A stretch of 63,454 nt of DNA, filler included, from Choristocarpus tenellus KU-1152 (Eukaryota > Protista > Phaeophyceae): assembly GCA_964200185.2 (NCBI GenBank). It is 11 parts of 11 records of this genome, joined end to end, with 100 filler letters (N's around TTAATTAATTAA, not from the genome) between each part and the next. Parts side by side here need not be neighbours in the genome. Positions count along the whole stretch, not along the records: positions 53,469 to 56,599 come from CAXNAD020022103.1; positions 56,700 to 60,368 come from CAXNAD020018609.1; positions 60,469 to 63,454 come from CAXNAD020023137.1; 8 more parts are not named here. One strand, given 5' to 3'. Under the pieces are notes generated by a model, which did not search any database, was not told the DNA's origin, and worked only from the letters and a program-made list of their open reading frames with translations. Both the position numbers and the translations under genes were made by a program. Below are positions 53,813-63,454 of the stretch, in pieces (the first letter of the stretch is position 1; each line of letters opens with the position of its first letter).

Positions 53813-56557
53813 AGGATTTCGCTTCTACCCTAACATGGCACTAGCATTGAGGGTGCTGCTCTCCATTTCTGGCATCTCGTGGTGTCTGGGAGAGAGGCTT
53901 CCGTACCTCTGGACGTCTCATCACCGGCGCTAGGGGCGGCCTTGACGGATGCTTCAATGAGATATTTCTGTTCCTTCATAATAGATTGAAAGAGATGGTT
54001 CCTGTGGAAGTACCAAAACTGACAGAAGAAAGGGTCCAAAACGTTATCCCCTTGTGACTATCCCAATCACACCAAGCCCTGTTGTGCTATATACATGAGG
54101 GAGTTCACGGTGGATTTCAATAAATATATCGTGTGATCCTAAATGTAGAAATATGCGAGGTTTTCATCGAACAACACATTGAGATGATGAGTCAACAGGC
54201 TTCTCATACATGATACTGCATGGAAGATGTGTTATGTGTGATGAGGTTTCTTGTATAGGTACAATTATATTTGGACATGATCCTTTTCCTATGAACGAGA
54301 GGGTGTGATTTGTATACGATTTACTGTGTACGATAAATCAGAAGAAGAGGTTTGTTCACAAGTATTAGCTATTAGTATATTGTAAGATTTGCACATAATT
54401 CGTTCTCATAAATCACAAAGCTGGATTTATATACCCAGTTCATATTTTCTCGTAGTATTAGAACACGAGGTAAAATGTGACTTGAGAATATTGTTTGTCC
54501 TAAATTACAAAGGTGGATTTGTACATGATGGTAGTTTCAACGAAGAAATCGGAAGGTAAGATACGCGCTAATAAAGATGAAGTAGAGAGAAATCAGCAAC
54601 GGACAATTATCTTCTGTCAGTGCTCTCGCTCACTCACCCTGGCACAGACCAATTACGCACGTCGATAGGAAAGTGAGCAGTATCTACAAGCCATGCGTGC
54701 ATGCAAACCAACGAGGATATGACAAGTGAGATAGATGCTGATACAAAGAAGATCGTGTAGTCCAATTATTAGTCGTAGAAGTGTGACAGATAGTTTTGTG
54801 TTCGACAATAATGGATATACATACCACAGTCACAAAACAAGATCTATATATAGGCATGGATGGCCCATTGAGCTGTCCTATTCCTATTTTTATACTACTG
54901 AGATCACATTAGGCCCCCATATACCTGACTGAAATACAGGGTCACCCCCGTCAGGAGCCTGGCGGGGGCACATGAGAATACAAGTGATTGTCCACATATT
55001 TGGAGCAAAATCACCCTCCAGGGTGCTAAAAGTACATCAACCACATACATACAGTGGAAGGCAGTTCACAAGGACCTCAAACACTCAAAGGATTCTCTTT
55101 CTAACGCAGGATAGTATGTAGTCCAAGACCTTTCCACTACATCTGAGTATGTTACGGGCACTAGCACCTTTGGAAGAAGCGACAGCACTTAACACAAAAT
55201 CTTTTCAGCACAAAACCAGGTCTATTGCAAACAGCACAAGAAATTTCTCGCTGTGGTACGTGTGAAACGCAAAATTTTACAAGTCCTCGAAGAGCGCACC
55301 CGTTTCCACACTCTCTATTGGCGAGGGGCAAGAATGACCCATCTGCTTCCAAGGATACATGCGGATCCCAATCAAAGAGGTCAAAAAGAGCTCGAGAAAA
55401 TGAAAAGGCAAAGACGAACCTAAAAAGGAACCTACCGAAAGAAGGGAAGAAGAGGCGCAAACCAGAGGAAAAGACCAACAACAGCAAAAGAATAATAATA
55501 ATAATAATAAGAATAAGAAGAGGAGGAGCTCAGGCACAAAATGACAACCTATGCGTGGACGCAGCCGGCATTGGTGATGACCTTGACCACCCGTGCATGC
55601 ACCGGCTCTAATCCCTCCTCGACTCTTCTCGAAAAAGAAGAAAAGAAACCGATCAGAAGTCTTCATTGATTTTTTTCGTGCTTTGCAAACGCTGCCCAAA
55701 CCATGCTTACACCACCAGAGCAATTCAAGTAACGAGTCAACAAAAAACCTAGCCGTAAGACTAACGCGATGTAACTAACCCCCACACAAAATAAGCAAAA
55801 AAAAGAAAAAAGATACGGACGATGAGAGCAAAATTTTAATTCAATCAATGCCGGTAGAAAAGAAGAAGAAGCAGTGTTACAATCCCCTCTCCTCCATGCG
55901 GTCACCACAATATCAGCTGTGATGATGACCCTTTGTCCTACCAGAGGCTCGCTGTTGTTGCACTCTAATTACTACAATAGCAAATATTTTCTTCATCCCG
56001 CCCCGATCGTCAGTGCCCCCAATCAAATGCTAGGGCACTGCATTCAATGTGCAGTCAACAGCAAAAGGTATGTCCGTCCGTCTCTCCCAAGGGGAAACAA
56101 GATCGATATTTATTTATTTATTTCCCCACTTCCTTTCACACTAGACGCCCCCAGGACTCTCCACCTCAGTTGCCTGTGGGGCCCCCGCATTCAACCTCTG
56201 GCTCAACTGAAGTCAACAAACAACCCCCTCGAGTCAAGCGTGGTACAAAAAGCCACCCTCTTTCTCATCCCCATCACCAGGACCCCCAACACACCGTAGT
56301 TCAACTCGTACTCTGCTTCCCAGAGTAACTGATAAAGAGAATCTCCTACCTGACACAACAGCTTGGGGAGCAACAGCCATACATGCACAGAGCTTATCCA
56401 ATCACCGTCCCAGTAGAACTCATACCTCCAATCACCATGCTAGTCGCCTCGCTCAAAAGCCTCAAAAGCCACTACCTAAAATATCAACCAAAACTTGGAA
56501 TACCTGCAGGGAGAAAAAGAGGGGAAAAATGTCCCCAAAGGACTCTGCCCACAGGTA

Positions 56558-56588
<31 letters not shown>

Positions 56589-57249
56589 AAAGAAATTTGN
56601 NNNNNNNNNNNNNNNNNNNNNNNNNNNNNNNNNNNNNNNNNNNTTAATTAATTAANNNNNNNNNNNNNNNNNNNNNNNNNNNNNNNNNNNNNNNNNNNNT
56701 ATTTTTGTCCAAATGGACCCCCTGGGGTAACCCCCCCCCCCCCCTCCCAGATACTTTGGGTCCTGACGTTGTTGAGGAGAGGAGGGGACGATGTTGACGT
56801 CAAAAACGGGAGAGAGTAATGGAAGTACGATAAGAAGTCAATCGAACAGAGCAAACGATACGGTTGACGTGGTGAACGTGTTTGATTGAGGTGGCTTGCG
56901 GGGCGAAATAGTTTGAAAGAAGTCCATGTCGAGGACGCCAGCCTGTCGGTAGGTTTTTTCAGTGACACGTTTTGGAGGCAGAAACGAGGTGGAGATTGAC
57001 CAAGATCGTTGTTAACAGTTGAAGGAAACGATGAGCTATTCCCGCTATTAGCAACGAAAGACTAGAACTGACAAAACAGCATCGTTTGTTGTAGGGAAGG
57101 CAACTCTGCCGCTCATGATGATGACGAAGACCCACCACCAATCCTACCAAGCATCAACTATTTTTTCTGGTAAAAGCCATTTCAGCCGTAATTACGAACA
57201 CAGGAGGCACACTCACGGCTCTGACCCGTTGCAGAGGTTTCATTCCGAC

Positions 57250-58923
57250 TACCGTCGAGATGTTTGCCCTCAGCTTCTGGAAGGGCCCCACTTGTTAGTC
57301 GCTAGATGAAACCTTCTGCAGAAGTTGGGCCACCTCCCTCTTCCTCTCCTCGTAGTGGGGCTTGACCCAGAGTTCTCGCATATTGCACTTCTCATATGCG
57401 AGCCTATCTATTTCCCTGGCAGCTCGTGCATCATTCACATAACATCCGAAATTCAGAGCATTTTTGCAACAATCAATAAGTACGGTGCCGAAAAAGACGC
57501 TGACAGTATATTTTACAATTGAGGGGCGCATGGCGACGTATGGGTGCACAGGAGATACGGAAAAGGCAAAAAAAGATAACCGCTGCAACTGCACCATTTA
57601 CCAACCTTTGGAGCTCTGGTGTCCACTTCTCCTTGGGCACAATCTGCCTGGTGCGCGAGACAACCATCTCAGACATGTGCGTGTCCGATTCGATGTCCTT
57701 GTAGTCCCTCGCCGTAGGAATCCTCCCTTTGAACGACTTGTACCTGCTAGAAGGGAATGGCCATGAAGGACGTCAACGAGAACGATGTACAGGTAGGTAA
57801 TGATGAGGAAAGGGTCACCACTGCAGAAAATATTATATGGATCGATTGTCGTAGTTCAGAAAAGACAAGAACGCACATACACAGGAAACACACACTGTTC
57901 GTAGAATTTCCACAATACTACGAAGGGTTCTGAGTGAAAATATCTTAGAGGGTACGAGTTTTACCCTGTTTGTCCATTTGGGACTTGGCTTCCCACAGGT
58001 GTTTTATGACATTTTCCTACTCCAATATGTTTCGGAGTAGGTAAAATTTGCACGTTATGAAAAGTTGTGTCCGGAACAAGGATATTGACACTTGCCCAAA
58101 AACTCGATAGTTAAAATTACATCAAAATCGGAACATTGGAATTTGACCTCCATATGGACACGGCTCTACCCTCTAAGATACTTTGGCTCAGCGTGCGCTC
58201 AACCACACTCTCGGTCGCGTCATTGAAAGCTATAAGCGTGGTGTGCAGTGGGCGAATGGGACAAGGGGTAGGTGGGAAGCGGTCGCGGGACACACGCGGC
58301 ATGCAGTAATGAGCAACATGTTGCTGTGGACAGAAAGACCACGAGGGATAAAAAATTTCAACAACGAAAAGATCCTCAATGGGCTGACTGACTATGAACC
58401 AAACCAAGGAAACTCGGCAACAACTTCGTACATCAGAAGATTCATCAGGCGATCATGGAACAACGACAACACTCCATCACCCACCGTTGGCAATTAGCCT
58501 CTCTTCTGCTTGGTTGAACTCCATGTAGACCCGCATCATGAAAGCGCGTTCGTGATCAAACTCTCTCTTCAGCACCGTTATTCTATGGTTTCCGTCCAGT
58601 GTACGTCCTTGAATGGCAAGCGCAGTTTCGGCGGTGAGCTGGTCCCCATTACCTAAACAGTCTCGCTGGATGACGACAGACGGAGCAAATTATTCCAGCC
58701 AGCCTTTCTCGTGGATAGACTTGCTAACGCGCGCAAGGCCACGCTCGCTCAGTGGACGCACCATCTCCGTGTATGTGATGTTGCCGAGTTTCATCTGGTA
58801 CGTGCCGAGGGAGTGATGTTCTAGGAGCGAGGACATGCCCTTCATATTGCTGTCCCACATTCTCGATCCGTTGGCAGCGCCATCGGCGGGCGGGTGGGTT
58901 GTTGTGGAGCAAATGCTGGACAT
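57250..58923 (-). pseudogene. Disrupted multi-exon gene with a ParB/sulfiredoxin-like N-terminal domain
   Basis: ATG at 58923; VRPLSERGLARVSKSIHEKGWLE*FAPSVV…TLDGNHRITVLK (DGxHR motif at 58582-58599); in-frame TAA at 58690; donor after 58485; exon 2 (AFNDATESVVERT) interrupted by the MITE at 57932-58189; further exon-like segments from 57743 and near 57420. Confidence 0.62.
57932..58189 (+). mobile_element. MITE family B inserted in the ParB-like gene
   Basis: GAGTGAAAATATCTTAGAGGG…CCCTCTAAGATACTTTGGCTC; interrupts a putative exon. Confidence 0.88.
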
Positions 58924-59175
58924 GGCGAAGATTGGGAGGGTGTGACGGGGATCGACAAATAACAGGTGCGAGTGGTATGTACGGAAGGGAATGAATAGAA
59001 ATGAGGGGTGAGGGATGGGAGGTGCTGCTTTATTTCATCTGGTCGGTCGGTCCTCAAAACTCAGATTTGTCTTTCCGTTGACAATTGTGTCATAAAAAAT
59101 ACGAATATCGAACAGCATACGATTTCATATTGGAAAGAGACAGAGAGTGTTCGTTTTTTGTGACCTTTTCGTTTC

Positions 59176-60296
59176 GTACATTTCAAACGTATTGGATCAA
59201 TGAAGGATGTGGTTTGTATTTGTATTTGTTGATGTAACTATTAGAATATTATTATTATTTCGTAAAAACCCTAACGCACGTGTTTTGGGTCTTCAAGGGT
59301 TTAGGAGATCCAATCGGATCTTTAAAACTCTAGATCGCCTTTTTGTCGTCTCCAGTATTTCTAAGAATACTAAAGTCACCAAAAAGAGGTTTAGTATTTA
59401 AATAAATTGTGGGTAGCAATTGGAAGTGACCTTTTAGTTTCTGAAAATTGGAAACGTGTGAGACCCATAAAGTGCGTGCTTTGTATTTTCAAAAATTGTA
59501 AGAACGGTTATTACTGGATTTACTATTTCTAAAAATCCGAATGCACGTGTTTTGGGTGTTCAAGGGTTTAGGGGATCCGATAAGAACCGCTTTTTGTCGT
59601 CCCTAGTATTTTGAAGAATGCAAATGTCCAACAATTTAAGATTTTGTACTTCAAGAAAATAGAGGGTGCCAGTTTTTTTTGGGCCTTTTGGTTTCTGAAC
59701 ATTGGAAACGTAGAAGATCAATGAAGTATGTGCTTTGTGTATTTTTTTAATTGTAAATACGGATATAATCGGATTTGCAACTTCCGAAAACCGTAATGCA
59801 CGGATTTTCAGGATCATGGATCTCAGGGTGGTCCCACGAATCGCCCGGAGCTCAAACAAAGTTGGTTTCGGAACATTGGAAACGTACAATATCAATTAAG
59901 TATGTGCTTTATATATTTTTTTCATTGTAAGTACAGATAAGATCGGATTTACAACTTCCGAAAATCGTAATGCACGGATTTTCAGGATCATGGATCTCAG
60001 GGTGGTCCCACGGATCGCCCGAAGCTCAAACAAAGTTGGTTTCGGAACATTGGAAACGTACAAGATCATTAGGTATGTGCTTTGTATTTTCAAAAAATTG
60101 TAAGTACAGATATAATCGGATTTACAACTTCCGAAAACCGTAATGCACGGATTTCCAGGATCATGGATCTCAGGGTGGTCCCACGGATCGTCTGGAGCTC
60201 AAACAAAGTTGGTTTCGGAACATTGGAAACGTACAAGATCAATTAAGTATGTGATTTGTATTTTATAAAAATTGTAAGTACAGATATAATCGGATT
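59176..60296. repeat. Tandem array: about 3.5 units of 174 bp preceded by two diverged units of about 255-265 bp
   Basis: GAACATTGGAAACGTA at 59697, 59871, 60045 and 60218; diverged homologous starts at about 59176 and 59443. Confidence 0.93.
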
Positions 60297-60368
60297 GAGT
60301 GAAAGTATCTTAGAGGGTACGAATTTTGCCCTGTTTGTCCGTTTGGGACTTGGCTTCCCGTGCTTTTT
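60297..60368 (+). mobile_element. MITE family B, left end, inserted in the 174-bp array
   Basis: GAGTGAAAGTATCTTAGAGGGTACG abuts the fourth array unit. Confidence 0.82.
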
Positions 60369-60747
60369 NNNNNNNNNNNNNNNNNNNNNNNNNNNNNNNN
60401 NNNNNNNNNNNNTTAATTAATTAANNNNNNNNNNNNNNNNNNNNNNNNNNNNNNNNNNNNNNNNNNNNCTAGCAGGAGGGCTGGGCGGCGGGGGGCGGGG
60501 GGGGGGGGGGGGGGGGGGGGGCCCGGTCAGGTTCCTCACAACGAATAGGCCCTGTTGAACATGTCAGTGCCAGCAATCCCCCAAGCTCAACCCTAGTGCA
60601 GGTAAAAAAATGAACACGCCTTCCATACGACAGTCGATACCATCAATCTGATTGGTGAGCACGCCTTCCTACAATGCATTGCATTGACACCTATGCCATC
60701 TGTCATCAATACGACTTCAACCCTCGGCATAGAAGACTGTTGCACCC

Positions 60748-60790
60748 TAATAACCCTAACCCTAACACTAACACTAACCCTAACGCTAAC
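60748..60790. repeat. Interstitial telomere-like (TAACCC)n degenerate tract
   Basis: TAACCCTAACCCTAACACTAACACTAACCCTAACGCTAAC; similar tracts at about 11450-11512, 34165-34186, 38763-38835 and 62997-63010. Confidence 0.75.
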
Positions 60791-61456
60791 GCGGTACAGC
60801 AGTACTTTCACACACACCACAGTCAACAGGAGTCTGTCAGTGGGTGCAGGCTCTGGGCGCCCAGAGCCAACTCCCACCGAGACAAACTACCTCTAACATG
60901 TAACCCTTGAACATCTATTCGATGAGCCAACACCCAGTTTGGGACAGGGGTTTGGTAATATACTGAGAGGCGAGGGGGGTAGAAAATGTTTTTGTGCTGG
61001 AGCTGGCAACAGCAAGGAACCTGCTGGACTGGCTATGCATAACATGTGGGGACCATGTTGCACAAGCAGGAACTGGAGAAACACAAAACCGTAGGACAAA
61101 AAATGACTCACCATAAATGGGAGACCTTCTGATACCCTTATGGCATCCATTTCTCCAACAACCTGCCTCCGTCGAACCCTGCACACCCTAGCCTCTACAA
61201 GGCACCCTTCGCCTCTCGTGAGCAACGCCTGCACACATTTTGAGAGAGCCAATGTTAGCCCAATGTGGCAGGGGAGGGAGATCATTTGATCAGAATTTCC
61301 TTCTTTGGAGAGTAGTCTGCACTATGTGGGGGAGGGGGTAGGGGAAGGGGTAGGGGAAGGGGTAGGGGAAGGGGTGGGGCAGAAGGAGAAAAAAAGAAAA
61401 CTTTTTTTTTAAATGATGTGCATTATGCTTAGGAGGACATCCTCTGTACTGCATGA

Positions 61457-61600
61457 CAGTACTAGTACATGGCAGTACTAGTACATGGCAGTACTAGTAC
61501 ATGGCAGTACTAGTACATGGTAGTTCTAGTACATGAAAGTACTAAGTACATGGAAGTACTTACAGTACTAGTTCATGAAAGTACTTGCAGTACTAGTACT
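61457..61600. repeat. 16-bp tandem repeat with a palindromic core
   Basis: (CAGTACTAGTACATGG)x4, then degenerate copies. Confidence 0.92.
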
Positions 61601-62514
61601 ATTAATAGCTCCATCGCGTTGTGCTCTAGAGCAATTATTTTCCCATCCTCTCCCACTTGTTGAATACTGAGTCAGAGGTGCATTTTAAAATACGTTTTTG
61701 AATAAAATCTTAAATAATTTTTTTATGTACTGACAAATATATAGAGATATAGATACATGCACAAAAATCAGCTCTTTTTTCAAATGCACATTAAAAAATA
61801 TATATTGGAAAAATTTGAACACAGAAATGAATGAGCTCAAGTCAAACATAGAACTATGTACATGTAACCATTGGTCAATTGCAAAAGATTTAAAAAAACA
61901 TAAAAATTTAAGAACAGCTCAGGCCTGGGTACCTCTTCTATACTTAGACTCACATCAGATTTGCCCTCCTCTCTCTAGGTAAGCTACTTGCACATTATTA
62001 GTACAACATTAATACTGCTGCTATCTGTTGAGAGCACTATGGAGACTGATTCAAACAGTGGGGGCACTACTATCAAGGCCGAACATACTCCCAGCATCTC
62101 ACATCTCGGTTTCACACATAACCTAGGTCATAGATACTCACAACCAAAACCGGACCTGCAAATCAGAATCAAGCAAAGACTCGTTAGTGTGTTGGTGAGA
62201 TAGGACAGGGGTATCTACTGTCTCAGTATTTTCAACAGAAGAAGCGCACCAGACCTTGATGGGTGTTCCACACCATCGAGGGCGTTCCACACCATCGAGG
62301 GCGCACAAATACTGCCAAAAACCTATGTAGGTATACCTCAACAACAGAAAAGGGTTTACTGACACCTATCCTAGAAATGTGCACCTCTAGAGTAAAAATT
62401 CAAATATATATATATATATATATATCTGCTGAGCGAGTGTACTTCTAGTACAACCCAGAGCCAACCCAGAGCCAACCCAGTGCCAACCCAGAGCCCCAGG
62501 GACGGAGGAGACTT

Positions 62515-62773
62515 GAGTCAAAGTATCTTAGGGTTAGGGTAGAGCCGCGTCCATTTGGGGGCCAAAATCCTATGTTGCGATTTTGATGTAATTTTGGCCA
62601 TCAGTTTTGTTAAGTGTCAATATCCTTGTTCCAGACACACCTTTTCATAACGTACACATTTTACCTCCTCCGAAACATTTTGGAGTAGGAAAATATCATT
62701 AAAAAAACATGGGAAGCCAAGCCCCAAATGGACAAATGGGGCAAAACTCATACCCTCTAAGATACTTTCACTC
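62515..62773 (-). mobile_element. MITE family B, inverted
   Basis: GAGTCAAAGTATCTTAGGG…CCCTCTAAGATACTTTCACTC. Confidence 0.88.
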
Positions 62774-62842
62774 ATTTCAATATACTGGTCCCTAAACACC
62801 CAAGTGAGAACCAAGAGATGAGCTTAGGCAGGTTGAACTATC

Positions 62843-62968
62843 ATAAAATAATACAACAATCAACACCATTATAGGTATATTATAATATTATAAAATAACA
62901 CAACAATCAACACCATTATAGGTATATTAAAATATCATAAAATAACACAACAATCAACACCATTATTA
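62843..62968. repeat. About 45-bp tandem repeat x3
   Basis: AAAATAAYACAACAATCAACACCATTAT recurs three times. Confidence 0.9.
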
Positions 62969-63380
62969 TTAGTACAAACGGCGACATGGTTCTTGAGGTT
63001 AGGGTTAGGGATCTTGACAGCAAAACAAAATAAGATAGCCAGAAAATTTATCAACTCCCTCAACACTTCAACATAATCACATCGCCTGGTTTTAGAGCCA
63101 GCCCAACACAGAGCAAGACAAAACGACCCAGCAAAAATTGCTCTGAATGACGCTCATGATAATCCCCTCCAAATTTTGACGCTTCACTAAAAAAAAAAAA
63201 TTAAGAACAAGCAAGCAACCAAGCAACCAAGCAAACAAAATCCACACAACTTCTTCCAAACCAGAGTTCAACTTCTGATACCTCCTGCTCCGAAAGACAT
63301 TGCAACCCACAACGAAACAAACATTTCCAGAAAAAAAAGAAAAAAAAACATCCTATGCCTATCACTCTCATGCCATTTGA

Positions 63381-63454
63381 CCCCCACTCCCCACCCCACT
63401 CCCCACTCCCCACCCCACTCCCCACTCCCCACTCCCCACTCCCCACTCCCCACT
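63381..63454. repeat. (CCCCACT)n heptamer tract
   Basis: Directly visible; runs to the window end. Confidence 0.95.

Noticed and set aside
55161-55723. Overlapping Lys-rich and Phe-rich ORFs
   Set aside because: Low-complexity A-rich sequence with no domain or clear splice structure.
59697-60296. CRISPR-like array
   Set aside because: Whole units are near-identical with no unique spacers, and there are no cas genes. The same applies to the 72-bp array.
11609-60468. Periodic TTAATTAATTAA palindromes as a biological repeat, or gene neighbourhoods across them
   Set aside because: They are identical 100-bp N-padded assembly linkers, so adjacency across them carries no information.
60748-60790. 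True telomere
   Set aside because: Short, degenerate and internal; similar tracts are scattered through the window.

Overview
Eukaryotic, intron-rich genomic DNA, most likely from a brown alga or a close photosynthetic stramenopile. The taxonomy is inferred from the 7-TM adhesin-like C-terminus, the stramenopile-type Tudor repeats and the PKG-like kinase. The window is not contiguous: 11 contigs are joined by ten identical 100-bp artificial linkers (N-run + TTAATTAATTAA + N-run). Genes reconstructed by hand from splice sites: a transglutaminase-like gene (GC-AG intron, Cys-to-Ser at the catalytic site, 1-nt frameshift) head-to-head with a small unknown gene; a STPG/ODF3-like flagellar gene fragment; a probable mTERF exon; a Tudor-domain gene; the 3' end of a 7-TM adhesin-like gene; nine exons of a PKG/PKA-like kinase; and a disrupted ParB-like gene next to a 174-bp tandem array. 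The most interesting locus (about 17.06-20.55 kb) encodes an unusual RNase III protein: one domain with all four catalytic acids, a second apparently dead RNase III domain, and a C-terminal R3H module where a dsRBD would normally sit. Several MITE families share one terminal motif (GRSYCAAAGTA) and, in family A, 3-bp WSW target duplications. They account for most contig breaks. CpG depletion outside promoters suggests DNA methylation. All family assignments come from motifs recognised by eye; no searches were run.
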